From the NCBI GenBank assembly GCA_951406725.2, contig OX597816.1:161510001-161574000 (forward strand): 64,000 nt of DNA. The letters are read 5' to 3'. Source of the stretch: Octopus vulgaris. Lineage: Eukaryota. Below the pieces are notes generated by a model, which saw nothing but the letters and a program-made list of their open reading frames with translations, was not told the origin of the DNA and searched no databases. Positions 38,161-51,389 of the stretch are shown piece by piece; positions within the stretch are counted from its first letter, which is position 1; the number at the start of each line of letters is the position of its first letter. Both the position numbers and the translations under genes were made by a program.

Positions 38161-40569
38161 ATTGAGAAAAGTTTTTTTTTTTTTTTTTTTTTATACTTAT
38201 AAAGCGATGCTGTTGTCTCAAATATGTCTTATCTTCAGAATCCTGGTGTCTGCTGTCATCTTTGACAATCTCTCCAGCTTTAATACTGCAATTTTTTTAA
38301 AAAATCATTATCATTATTATACACATATATAAAGTTGTTGTTGTTTCCTTACAAAGAAGAAAAAAAAAATAATATTTTATTTGATTCAGTCATTGAACTA
38401 CGGCCATGCTGGGGGCACCGCTTTGAACGATTTAGTCGAACAAATCGGCCCCAGTATTCATTACTGGTACTTTCTCTATCGGTTTCTTCCGCCGAACCAC
38501 TAAGTAATAGGAACGTAAACATATCAACACTAGTTGTCAATCAGCGAGGTGGGGGGGGGGGCATTCATGCGTACGCGAAACGTGCTTTCATTTTCCCCCC
38601 TATCAAACCCACTCGTAAGGTTTGGCCAGCCGGCTGCCGCGGGGCTGTAGTAGAAGATACCTTTCAAAAGTGTCGTGCTGTGGGATGAAGCTTTTTAAGT
38701 ACACAACCACGCCTATGGGTGTTTTAAAAAATTTTTATTATTTATTAAATTCTTTGAGGTTGTAGATTAGGGATCATGTTATTGAAATTAAGGGAACAAA
38801 CATTTGTGTGTTTATGTGTAGGATGTGTCTCTGGTCGTTCATTCCCCCCACCAAACAAAAAATTGTTACATATATATATATATATATATGCTTGTGTGTC
38901 TGTGTCCTGATCCCCTAACATCACTTGACAACCGATGCCGGTGTGTTTAGGTCCCTGTAACGTAGCAGTCCGGAAAAAGAGACTGATAGAATAAGTACTA
39001 GGCTTACAAAGAATAAATCCTGAATTCAATTTGCTCGACTTAAGGTAGTGCTCCAGCATTGGCCACAGTCAAGTGACTGAAACGAATAAAAGAATAATAT
39101 AAGACAATCTTTATCTACTCTTTTGAAAGATGTATCTCTGCAAAATTTCATGAGGAGATATGCATCTTTTAGAGATTTGTGAAGAAACGAAACCAGAAGG
39201 GCACCAGCCTGTTGTTAATGCCTTCTCTCCCCTCAATCTACAATCTACATAATTGAATGTGTCTGTTTTTGAAAGATGGTATAGTGCTGTGGGAGGGGGG
39301 ATCTGACTTCTATTTTTAGCAGGTTAAATGACCACATTGAGACTCCCTCAGTGGATTGTGACTACCAACTGGGTAATTTATTAAATGATAATAATAATAA
39401 TGATGATTTATATATTTCAAAGTAGTGGAGTGGAATAAATGATGTTTTGAAATAGCTAATGATAGGGGTGGAGGCTACATAAGCTGATGACAGTAGTAAG
39501 ACATGATTAATTTTGAATTGATTTCAGATGAAGAGAAAACACCCCAAGAAATGCAGTTCTGTAGAGATGGGGTTGGGAGGTTTGTTTTAATGTAGGGTCC
39601 TGGGAGATAAGAAAACATGCAATGCTAGGGGGTTTAGGAGGTTGTTAACATCAGCAGCGTATATTTAGAAAGTGTTACTAATACACTATCTCTATCTTAC
39701 ATTTTTCAGTACTATTTTTAAGCTTTGTATATTGTCATGTTAAGCACATGGCATTTAGTTTGTAAAATTATGTTCGGGTTTGCTTTATTAGAATATTCAA
39801 CATAGTTTCCCTGCTCTGATCTGGCACTGATTGACATAAAAGTTATTAAGTTATGTACCATAGATTCCATTGCAAAAGAAGCAAAGGGTTATCACAAAGC
39901 TTTGGCTTGCCTCTCAAACGGAACATATTTTCTTGTTTCTGTCTGTGTGTGATAAGGGAGGTGGTAATGGTGTTTCCATTGCATATGTGTGAGGAATATT
40001 TGTGCTTTGTTATGGGTTAGCAAATATACAGTGCAGAAAACATTCTTTTAATGATGAAGAGGAAACAGAGTTTTTTTTTTTTTTTGTAATGCTATTTTAC
40101 CTGTGTGGAATAATATTTCACACAGGTATCTATGAGAGGTTGCTTGGAAGTTGCTTGGCCTAGTTTGTTTTACAACTGTGTAAATAATTAAGCATTTTTC
40201 ATCTCATTAACCACGAAACAACAACTTTGTGGCTGTTGAATATAGTATGCCTTTACCTGAATTTGTTCATCCTTGCAATTCCAGAAACTCCTAATAGGGA
40301 TGTTGTCTGGTAATAGGCTGATTTTCAGGTCAACCTTGTTTTAGAACTTGTAATAATTCAGTTAACTATCTTCTGTAGCCTCAACCCTCTGTTCACCAAT
40401 TTTGACCTTACTCATCTGAAGTATTGCTAACAAATCAGTTTAATAAATCATATCTTCCTCACAAGTGATAGAGATGGGTGTGTTCGCTACACAACTCAGA
40501 GTATCAGCAGCAATTTTTGGTCCTTATTTTTTTTCGAATTTTATAGTGCAATTATAATTCTACAAGAAG

Positions 40570-40960
40570 CTCTATTCTTGGGCTCAACTTAAACAGCTGA
40601 AACTCTTATTCTCTGCAACACTGCCTTGAGCGATACATTATTTGCACCATGTGGAAAATATTTCACCAATATTATCCTAATGATATTGGTATTATATTTA
40701 CAATTCACTCAAGACTAGGCCCCCGTGCAATGCATCCCCTACAAAGGTCGAGATCATATCACATAAGAACATTGCGACACAATTTTTTCACTGCAAATAG
40801 TCCTGCTCTTTTCAATATTATCCCCAAAGAAATTAAAGTAGAAAAAGCCCCCACAACTTTCAAATGGTACCTGGACAAATTCCTCCAGGCAATACCTGAT
40901 AAATACCTGGACACATCGCAGCCCACAACAACTCTCTGCTTGAGAGTGTCCCGAAATAAT
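40570..40960 (+). pseudogene. CR1/L2-type LINE ORF2 C-terminal relic
   Basis: LKQLKL..SLQ...ERYIICTMWKIFHQYYPNDIG...RHNFFTANSPALFNIIPKEIK...FKWYLDKFLQAIPD (ORF 40649-40993); 5'-truncated. Confidence 0.85.
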
Positions 40961-41984
40961 GAATTAAAAGACTTATTCAGGTGGTGCAATTGAATTAGTC
41001 ATAGCCAGCCTGGGCCAATAATGGTCAAAACCAATCTAAGTTATATCATTTTCTGTAACCCCAGACAAGCCTTGTAAAGAGATTTGCTCAGGGAGCTTAT
41101 CAGGGGTTTATGATAGTTTTACTCAATGTATTCATGAGATCGCTCCCAGACCAAGAATCAATGTATATACAAAGACCAAACTGTCAGTGCAATCATTAGA
41201 CTCACACACATCTGTCTGTTTTTCTTAGTTCTGCTGTTTATTTATTGATATTTTTAATTGAATCTGTCTCTAGTAGTAAAGAGATAAATCTTAGGTGCAT
41301 AGAAATTGAAAAGTTTTCTATGACATCTGTATATACTTTTCTATTATGGCCTTCCTCATATATAAAATTGATAAAAAAATATCTACTACATTCACTAATA
41401 CTTCAGTTTTGAATTTATCAGCTGATTCCCCTTTCTTAACAAATACAAAAAACTGTAAGACATCCTCTTTGAAGGGATGCCATTCATCAGGTAAGTTAAC
41501 AGCAGCTCTGGGGGTGAGAAATAGGAACTAATATTCAGCCATTTAATAATGTTTGTTAGATTGTCAAGTCACTCATTTGTACCGCATTAATTAGATCTGG
41601 TTAGAATCATCAGCACAACGGTCTGGTAAGTCCAGATTATTGAGTAGAGAGATGTTGTTATAATAGATGATTTATCATTTACCTCTGTTCAATCATTAGA
41701 CTGTGGCCATGCTAGGGCACCACATTGAAGAATTTTTAGCCAAACAAATCAGCCCCAGCATTCATTTTTTAAAGCCTGGTACTTATTCTGTCGGTCTCTT
41801 TTATCAAACTGCTATATTATGGGGATGTAAACACACCAACACCAGTTGTCAAGCAGTGGTTGGAGACAAAACAAACATAAAAACATACTCACATAAATAT
41901 ATATGTGTGTGTGTGTGTTAAATAAAATAAGATAACAAGGCCGAGGCAATGTGATATTTCTAGGACATAAAGAGAAAGGTGGTC

Positions 41985-42265
41985 AGACCATCTAACCCAT
42001 GCCAGCATGGAAAATGGACAGTAAATGATGATGATGATATATATATGGCCAATGCTAGTGCCGCCTGATTGGCTCCCATGCCGGTGGCATGTAAAAAGCA
42101 CCCACTACACTCTTGAAGTGGTTGGCGTTAGGAAGGGCATCCAGCTGTAGAAACATTGCCAGATCAGATTGGAGCCTGGTGCAGCCTCCTGGCTTGCCAG
42201 TCCCCAGTCAAACTGTCTAACCCATGCCAGCATGGAAAACGGATGTTAAACGATGATGATGAAAA
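41985..42265 (+). mobile_element. SINE family C
   Basis: aggaagggcatccagctgtagaaac...ccatgccagcatggaaaacggatgttaaac(gat)n. Confidence 0.85.
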
Positions 42266-43394
42266 CGGATGTTAAATGGTGTTGTGGTGGTGGTGATGAT
42301 GATGATGATACAACAGGCTTCTTTCAGTTTCTGTCTACCAAATCAATTCACAAGGCTATAGTAGAAGCCACTTGTCCAACGTGCCATGCAGTGGTACTGA
42401 ACCCAGAACCATGTGGTTGGGAAGCTTCTTACCCTATAGCCACACCTTTGTCAACATATAATCACATGTATTCATGGTACTTCACTCCTATTTTATTTGC
42501 TTGTAATATATCTTTAACTGAATTAATTGGTTGCATTTTATAGCCTTCCTGGATAATGTTTGTGAACTGTGACACACAGTTATAACAGCATGTGAAAGGA
42601 TTGTGCCAATTTACTCTCTATTGCTCATGGGTAAAGGGAGTGTTGCGGTATGGTTTTATTTCTGTAAAATCTTATTTAATTACTATTTTATATTCATGTT
42701 GAATGTCAAAAAATCATTTTCCTCTATTAAATGTTACATCATATTTATAATGCACTAACAGCATTATAGATCTGATATAACATTTATGCTTTGTATTGTT
42801 CAGCAGCCACCATCTTAAAAACTCAAGAATACATTGAACAGTGTAGTCTTAGATATCTACAAAAGAAAAGGCAGGTTGGTCACAACTGGAGTGCACTTAA
42901 TCTCAGATCTCCAGGATCAATTCATTAATTACTGTAACATTCTCTATAAAAAGTATAATGGCTGCAATTCTTTTCTTTTATTTCATCCTTTCTTTTCTCA
43001 AAAAAATGGTTGTTTACTGTATTTGCCTACAACTCAAACATAGTTTATAGTATAAATATGGAGTAAGAATCATTCAAACAACATCACTATTTTTCCAAAT
43101 TCATCTGCATTTCATGAGGAATTTTTCGTTCTTCAAATTTGTCTTGGAGTAAAAGAGACCTACCCTTTTATTGGTAATAAATTTTAGTCTGAAAATTCAA
43201 CTTGTTTGCTGGAAAATATGGTATTTATTAAAACTGATCAGAAGATACCTTGTGGAAAACTAAAATTGCTTATTAGGTTTTAGAATTTTAAACATTAATG
43301 CTAACACCTGGCTAAAATTGCTGTTTATTATAGAGTAGGAATATGTGAAATATATATGTATAGTATTTTTAAAAAGTAAGGTTTGTCAAAAAGG

Positions 43395-43614
43395 GGTGGT
43401 TGTGTAGTAAGAAGCTTGCTTCTCAACCACATGGTTCTGAGTTCAGTCCCACTGCATAGCACTTTGGGCAAGTGTCTTCTATTATAGCCTCAGGACGACC
43501 AAAGCCTTGTGAGTGGATTTGGTTGACTGAAACTGAAAGAAGCCTGTTGTATTTATATTTATATATATATATATATATCATCATCATCATCATCATCATC
43601 ATCGTTCAGCGTCC

Positions 43615-43654
<40 letters not shown>

Positions 43655-43830
43655 ATGTATGTATTTGTGTGTCTGTGTTTGTCCCTGCTCCATCACTTGA
43701 CAACCAATGTTAGAGCGTTTATATCCTTGCAACATAGTGGTTTGGCAAAAGAGTTCGATAAAATAAGTACTAGGCTTACAAAGAATAAGTCCTGGGGTTG
43801 ATTTGTTCGACTAAAGGCGGTGCTCCAGCA
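43395..43830 (+). mobile_element. SINE family B
   Basis: Head, CORE-like actttgggcaagtgtc, microsatellite centre and tail. An inverted copy follows at 43910-44245. Confidence 0.85.
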
Positions 43831-45075
43831 TATCCACTGAAGCAACCAATGTCAAATATGAGTTTGAGGTCTGTTCAAACATTTTATGATGAGAGGAGAA
43901 AAGCATCATTTATCTTTTACTTATTTCACTCATTGCTTGTGACCATGCTGGGGCACTGCTTTGAAGTCGAACAGAATGATGTGAAATCTCTACATTACAG
44001 GAATGTAAACAAACCAGCACCAGTTGTCAAGTGATGGGGGCTGGAGACAAACACAGTCATAAAGATATATGCACACATATATATACAATAGGCTTCCTCA
44101 CAGTTTCTGTGTACCAAATTCACTCACAAGACATTGGTCGTCCTGGGGTTATAGTAGAAGATAGTACTTGCCCAAGGTGCTGTTCAGTGGGACTGAACAT
44201 GGAACTACGTGGTTGCAAAGCAAGCGTGTTAACCACACTGGCATATCTGCAAAGAGGGTTTTCTAAATTGTTACAAAGTGAAGAACTAAAGGCAGTGTAT
44301 ACTGTCATATATCTGTCATTGAGCTGTTTCTGTATAATGTATATCTTCAGTATGCAGAGTGCTAGAGGATTACATTAGGAAGAATTTTGAGTTAATGAAG
44401 TAAAATGATAAAGCTGCATTGTTTTCAGAAAGAGGAGAAAAAAGGGAAGGAGAGAGAGAGAGAGATGTGTATAGTTTAAAATAAGACAAAAGTGAATGGT
44501 ACTTAATCCTGTCTTCCTCTTAATACTCATGTTGAGAACAAAGAAACTTCAACCAAATCAAGAAGCATGAAAACCACATGTGCCTTGCTCACCTTTCATG
44601 CATGCATACACATACACACATGTATACACACAGACACAGAGGGAGGGAAAAAAAAGAGAAAAATGCTAAAATGGAAATTTTCTGCAATATTTGAATTTCA
44701 GTGTCAAATACATATCTCTAAAGATTAGCTGGATGGTAACACTTGAAGAATGTTATTTTGTTTTCATGAATAAATAACTCATTGAAAATCTTAGCTTGTG
44801 ATGTTGCAGTTTAAAAATGTATTCACAAGTGCGGCAAACTTACATGACTCTGGCCAAGAAGTAAATACTGACTTAATCTTTTAATATATAATAAATATAT
44901 ACATAAAAATAAAATAATTCTCTTGTTTATTATTGATTCAATCATTTAGTTATTTGACCTTTCCACTAGTTTTGTATTCAGCTCTCAACAATTTCAGATT
45001 TTCTTCGTTTGGAGCTTAAAAAAATTGATATCAGTTACTGTTGCTGTTATTGTTGTTATTATTGTTGAAGCTTAG

Positions 45076-45700
45076 AGGTGGCAGAATTGTTAGCACACTG
45101 GACAAAATGCTCAGTGGTATTTTGTCTGTCTTTACATTCTGAGTTCAAATTCCTCCAAGGTTGACTTTGCCTTTCATCATTTCGGAATCGATAAATTAAG
45201 TACCAGTTGCGTACTGGTGTTGACCTAATCAACTGGCACCCCTCCCCCAAAATTTCAGGTGGTGAGCTGGCAGAATCATTAGCATGCTGGGTGAAATGCT
45301 TCGTGGTATTTCGTCTGTCTTTATGTTCTAAGTTCAAATTCCGCTCCTGTCAACTTTACCTTTCATCCTTTCAGGGTTGATAAATTAAGTACCAGTTGTG
45401 TACTGGTGTTGATGCCCTCTCTCCCTTCCCCCAAATTTTCAGGCCTTGTACCTAGAGTAGAAAAGATTATTGTTGAACTTTAGAGGTGGTGAGCTGGGAG
45501 AATCGTTAGCATGCTGGGCGAAATGCTAAGTTGTATTTCGTATGTCTATATGTTCTGAGTTCAAATTCCGCTGCTGTCAGCTTTGCCTTTCATCCTTTTG
45601 GGATCAATAAATTAAGTACCAGTGGCATACTAGGGTCAGTCTAATTGACTGGCCCCTTGCCCCAGAATTTCAGTCCTTGTGCCTATTGTAGAAAAGGTTA
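45076..45700 (+). mobile_element. SINE family A tandem cluster (three units) with a triplicated target site
   Basis: ttattgttgaa(g)cttag occurs at ~45059, ~45467 and ~45698. Confidence 0.9.
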
Positions 45701-46532
45701 TTGTTGAAGCTTAGGTCAACACTGGTTGTGCAAGTTTATGATTGATCAAAGGCATTCTAGTTACAACTATTCCATCTGTTTCTTGATCTCTGGCATAATA
45801 TATTCATCATTACTTTAGTCAATGTGTGCTTCTCTTTTGTAAGATGTTAAAGTGTAGTATAAGGGAGATTTGGATGCTATTTCTCACAGATCATGTGACC
45901 ATGTTGAAGTTTCCTCATTGGCTTGATTAATTACCAATAATATAATATAGACGATAATTCAGTTGGCATTTTATATCTAGAAACACACAATCAATGGGTT
46001 ACAATAGTCACATATACGTCTCTGTGTATGTATATGTGTGGATATATATATATATATGTATATGTATGTTTTAACAAATTGTATACATATCATCTATTTA
46101 TCTATCCTCTATCTATCTTAAATACATATGCATTTTTTGTGTGTGTGCAGGCATGGCTGTGTGGTTAAGAAGTCTGCTCTGCAACCACATGGTTTTGAGT
46201 TCAGTCCCACAGCATGGCACCTTGGGCAAGTGTCTTCTACTATAGCTCTGGGCCAACCAATGCCTTGTGAGTGAATTTGGTTGATGGAAACTAGAGGAAG
46301 CTCTTCATTTGTATGCTGTATATGTGTCTTTGCGCCCCATTTTCTCCTGTAACCATTTGACAATCAGTGGTGGGTTGTTTACATCCTCATAATTTAGTGG
46401 TCCAACAAAAGAAAGTGATAGTGTACTAGACTTTGGAAAAGATATAAGTACTAGGGCAATTTGTCTGACCCAAAACCTGTCAAGTCAGTGCCCTAGCATG
46501 GCCACAGTCCAATGAATAAAACATGTAAACAA

Positions 46533-47000
46533 GCTGCCTGACTGGCTCCCTTTCCAGTGGCATGTAAAATGCATCATCCGAACATGGTTGATGCTAGTGT
46601 CTCCTGACTAGCTGCCATGCTGATGGCACATAAAAACACCATCCGAATGTGGTTGATGCCAGATCTGCCTGACTAGCTCCCATGTTGGTGGCATGTAAAA
46701 AGCACCATCCGAACATGGCCAATGCCAGTACCCCCTGACTAGCTCCCATGCCAGTGGCACATAAAAAGTGTTATCTGAACATGATCAATGCCAGGTCTAC
46801 CTAACTGGCTCCTGTGCTGGTGGCATGTAAAAAGCACCCACTACACTCTCGGAGTGGTTGGCGTATGAAGGGCATCCAGCTGTGAAAACATTGCCAGATC
46901 ATATTGGAGCCTGGTGCAGCCACTGGCTCTCCAGACTTCAGTCAAACTGTCCAACCCATGCCAGCATGGAAAACAGACATTAAACGATGATGATGATGAT
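46533..47000 (+). mobile_element. SINE family C with an internal ~62-bp tandem array (~5 units)
   Basis: Repeated cctgact(g/a)gctcccatgc..gtggca(t/c)gtaaaaagcaccatccgaacatgg units precede the family C tail. Confidence 0.85.
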
Positions 47001-47325
47001 GTGTTCCTGTGGCCACAAGACCGTATATAAAGGACAAAAGACAGCCTGTAAACCACAGTTGAAACACTCCTGTCACAACCTGGGACCTTGAAGACTGCTT
47101 TAATGCAAGAAAGTATACTAGTCCCTTAATATTTGATATTCAATATTTCATCTATTCAATAAGACAATCAATACTTAATTTCATTTTACTATATATATAT
47201 ATTATTTATACTATATATTCTATATTCTACATTAATATTATAAAGAATATAAATAAAACATAAAAAAACAGAGTTGGAATTCCTTTGAATAATATATATC
47301 CCTCTATACACAATCATATAAACCC

Positions 47326-47363
<38 letters not shown>

Positions 47364-47992
47364 TTACTCAGACACTAAATTAGATCTAAAATCTTGATTC
47401 AATATATCAATTAAGTGATGCAACTTTTATTAGACAAGTTACGTATATCGTTGTAAATGAAGACAAAGAACTAATATTAAGAAAACTCAACAAATGTAAA
47501 TTATCCGTTGTAAATTGATAATTTCAATGACAACAACAGCAACAAAAATGCAGAGTCACATATTTTAAAAGTTGGCAATACAAATTACTTAGCTAAATAT
47601 TTAAAAGCAATTATTTTTTTTTAATAAACCATATAGATTTTGCTTCGTGAAATTGTAATATTTCTACATTTAATGATATAACCTATGAAATTAAAGATGC
47701 TTAACTAAAAATATTTGCATAAATTTACCAGACCATATTTTAAGATGAAAATTGCATTTATGTATGTTTTCAGGTGAAGGTGTGGTTGTGGCTGGTGGTT
47801 TAGAAGTTTGCTTCTCAACCAAGTGTTTTCAGGTTCATTCTCACTATGAGGCACCTTGAAAAAGTGTCTTTTACTAATAATACCCCTGAGCTACTCTGTG
47901 TGTATATATATGTGAGTGTGTGTGTATATATATATATATCAGAAATACTAAGTTTCTAAATCTCTCATAGAGACATGTACGGTGGTGGGGCG

Positions 47993-48068
47993 ATAGAATG
48001 GTTGTATACTGTCAATCTAACATGAACCACCCTACTGTCACGTTCATGTTAGATTGAAAGTATACAAC

Positions 48069-48076
<8 letters not shown>
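47993..48076. repeat. 84-bp hairpin with ~35-bp arms and a 14-nt loop
   Basis: atagaatggttgtatactgtcaatctaacatgaac / gttcatgttagattgaaagtatacaaccattctat, with 1 mismatch. Confidence 0.95.
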
Positions 48077-48105
<29 letters not shown>

Positions 48106-48110
<5 letters not shown>

Positions 48111-48351
48111 TGTATAGGGCATTATTACACATAAATGCCTCACACTAAGAGGTACAAAGTCATTACTACCAAAATTATACTAATCAAACCCAAATGCAGT
48201 TCTTCAAAGCAAGACATTTAAAAAATGAATTTTTTAAATGTCTTGCTTTGAAGAACTGCGTTTGGGTTTGATTAGTATAATTTTGGTAGTAATGACTTTG
48301 TCCCTCTTAGTGTGAGGCATTTATGTGTAATAATGCCCTCTATACAATATA
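48106..48351. repeat. ~245-bp near-perfect palindrome with a 2-nt spacer
   Basis: Arms of ~120 bp differ by two substitutions and a 2-nt indel. The outer end is homologous to 12740-12790. Confidence 0.95.
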
Positions 48352-49197
48352 GATATAATTAATTTGTTCAAAAGAAAAAAATTATTTTCGAATTCTTTTC
48401 TTTTATGAGGTTTTTCACATCTAACTACCTGATAACTTCTTGTTAAGATTCCTTATTAAGAGGTTATCCTCAATTGTTAAACTTATATATATATATATAT
48501 ATATATATACACTCACACATACACACATTGCAAGATCAGATTGGAGCCTTGTGCAGCTGCTGTCTCTCCAGACCTCAGTCAAACCATCCAACCCATGCCA
48601 GCATGGAAAACGGACGTTAAACAATGATGATGATGATGATGATGTGTTTGTCTTTGTGTCTGTCTTTGTCCCTCACCATCATTTGACAACCAATGTTGGT
48701 GTGTTTATTTCCCAAAACTTAGTGGTTCAGCAAAAGAGATCAATAGAACAAGTAGTAGTCTTACAAAGAATAAGTCCTGGGGTCAATTTCTTCAACTAAA
48801 TATGGTGCTCCAGCATGGCTGCAGTCAAATGACTGGAACATGTAAAAAGGGAAAAACATAATGTGAAATTTAGATGGAAAGTTTTAATTTAGATCACTTG
48901 AAGACAAGGAAATTCTATCATAGAACCAAGGGCAGTTTCACATGGATTATTACAAAAAGGATTAAGGGCATTTTCAACCCTGATCAAGACTGAGAATCCC
49001 TTAATTTCAATTAATATTGTAATTAAAATTGGTCTTACTAATTTATACTGCAATTTCTAGAGATATGAGTTCACTTTATTAAATGTGGAAATGTATTAAA
49101 CTCTTCAACTTTTCTGTCTGTTCTCCATGTTTAGAATTTAGTACAACATAGTGCTTTCCTGTGGGTGCATTTATATGTGTGTTTGTGTGTGTATATG

Positions 49198-49256
<59 letters not shown>

Positions 49257-49842
49257 TTATATTTAAATATGTATTTGAAATAGTGAAACGGAATGGCTTT
49301 ACTGATAATTTTTCAACTTTAATAATTAGATGTTTATGAATCATTAGGTGTTTGTTTATATGTATATATATTTATAAATGTATATATATGTGTGTATATT
49401 TATAAGTGTGGGTATATGTATATATTTATAAATGTCTCTATATATATTTACATATTTGTATGCATGTATATACTTACATGTGTGTTTGTGTATATATCCG
49501 TGTGTGTGTGTATGTGTGTGTAATGATAAAATATACATAACAACACAAGGAAAGCAAAATATTCTAATCTATCAGTAAACCGACTAGAAATTTAGTTAAA
49601 AGCAAACAAATATACCAATAATGGCAAAAACTACAGCAGCATGAGTTTTGTGAATCAATTAAAATACAGGAAATGGAATGGTTTGATATTTTAATAATTG
49701 AAGAATTAAGAGAAAGAATTTTTTAAAAATTACATTTTAGATGGGTGGTAGCATACATGTAGCCAGATAAGATATGCTTGTGATCAGTTTTGCTATATAT
49801 TTTCATGTAAGTTTTAGGAATCTGTGTACATATGATATTAAC

Positions 49843-50498
49843 TAGCACTCTGTCAGTTATGATGATGGGTATTGCAGTTAATTTGATCAATAGAACAGCC
49901 TCCTTGTTAAATTAACATGCAAGTAGCTGAGCACTGTGGCTTAGTGGTTAGGCTATTTGACTCATGATAGTGAGGTTGTGAGTTCAATTCTTGGCAGTAA
50001 ATTGTGTCCTTGAGCAAGACACATAATATCATGATACTCCAGTCAACTCAGCAGGCAAAAATGAGATGTACCTATAATTTCAAAGGGCTGGCCTTGTCAC
50101 ATTCTGTGTCATGTTGAATCTCCTTGCAAACTACATTAAGAATATGTGTATCTGTGTAGTGCTCAGCCACTTGCTCATAAATTTTATAATTAGGCTGTTC
50201 CATTGGCTGGATTGACTGGAATTTTTGTCATCATAACCGACAAAGTTCCAGTTAGCTGAGTACTCCACAGACAGTCATACTCTTATTGTAGCTCTCAGGG
50301 AGATTCACCATGCCACACTGAATATGACAAGGCTGGTTCTTTTGAATTACATGTAAAACCCATTTTTGCCAGCTAAATGGATTGGAGCAACATGAAATAA
50401 CGTGTCTTACCCAAGAACATGATGCGCCACTGGATATTGAAACCGTGACCTTATGATCATGAGACTAATATTCTAACCACTAAACCATACACCTTCAC
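49843..50498. mobile_element. SINE family D (minus strand) with a same-family plus-strand copy nested at ~49934-50251
   Basis: The outer copy is split at the duplicated tagctgag(c/t)ac. Confidence 0.8.
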
Positions 50499-51014
50499 AG
50501 ATAATCCTTTCTATTACAGGCACAGGGCCAGAAATTTGGGGGAGGGGGATACTTGATTACATCAATCCCAGTGTTTCACTGGTACTTAATTTATCAACCC
50601 CGAAAGGATGACAGGCAAAGTCGACCTCGGCGGAATTTAAACTCAGAATGGAGCAATGGGTGAAATACCACTAAGCACTTCGTCCAGCATGCCATTGATT
50701 CTGCCAGCTTGCTGCCTCCTCCTTTACAAATAATGCTATCATGATTTAGTATATCAAAACTGTTTTATTTGCTTTATATTATCTGTTTATTACTAAGGCA
50801 GTGAGCTGGCAGTAATGTTAGTATACTGGGCAAAAAGCTTAGCGGTATTTCGTCTGTCTTTATGTTCTGAGTACAAATTCCACCGAGCTCGACTTTGCCT
50901 TTTATTCTTTCAGGGTTGATAAATTAAGTACCAGTTGCGTACTGGCGTCTATGTAATCGACTGACCCCCTCCCCCAAAATTTCAGGCCTTGTGCCTAGAG
51001 TAGAAAAGATCTGT

Positions 51015-51389
51015 TTATTACCTCCACCTTATCAAAGGTGGAGGTATTGTTTCAGTTGTATTTGTTTGTTTGTCTATGGACAAGATATCTCAAGAACCAA
51101 TGGATGGATTCAGGTGAAACTTTCAGGGATATTTATTTGGCCTCGTGACTGGCACAAACTGATTAGATTTTGGAATTGATCCAGTTCCAGAGAAGGATTC
51201 TGGATTATTTTTTCCTGTTTTTTTTTACTTAATTTTTGAGAGTGGTCGGGTTCATTTTTAGTATTCTCATTTGTAAGAGCAATCAAATTTAATTTAGAGA
51301 TTCTCATTTTAAAAATCATCTGTGGCTAATCATTGAGAGGACATTGGTGTTGCCTTGGTAGAGGTTTGTACTCTCTGTGTGCTCTTGTT
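51015..51389 (+). mobile_element. Helentron-associated non-autonomous element (DINE-1/HINE-like)
   Basis: 5' ttatt-acctccacctt..aaggtggaggt hairpin, GTTT/GTCT tract, 3' ggtagaggt subTIR, small stem-loop and tcttgtt end. Confidence 0.8.

Noticed and set aside
39528-39579. Possible internal exon after a gatttcag acceptor (DEEKTPQEMQFCRDGVG or MKRKHPKKCSSVEMGLG)
   Set aside because: The donor is weak (gtttgt) and the peptide is unrecognisable; it cannot be supported without RNA data.
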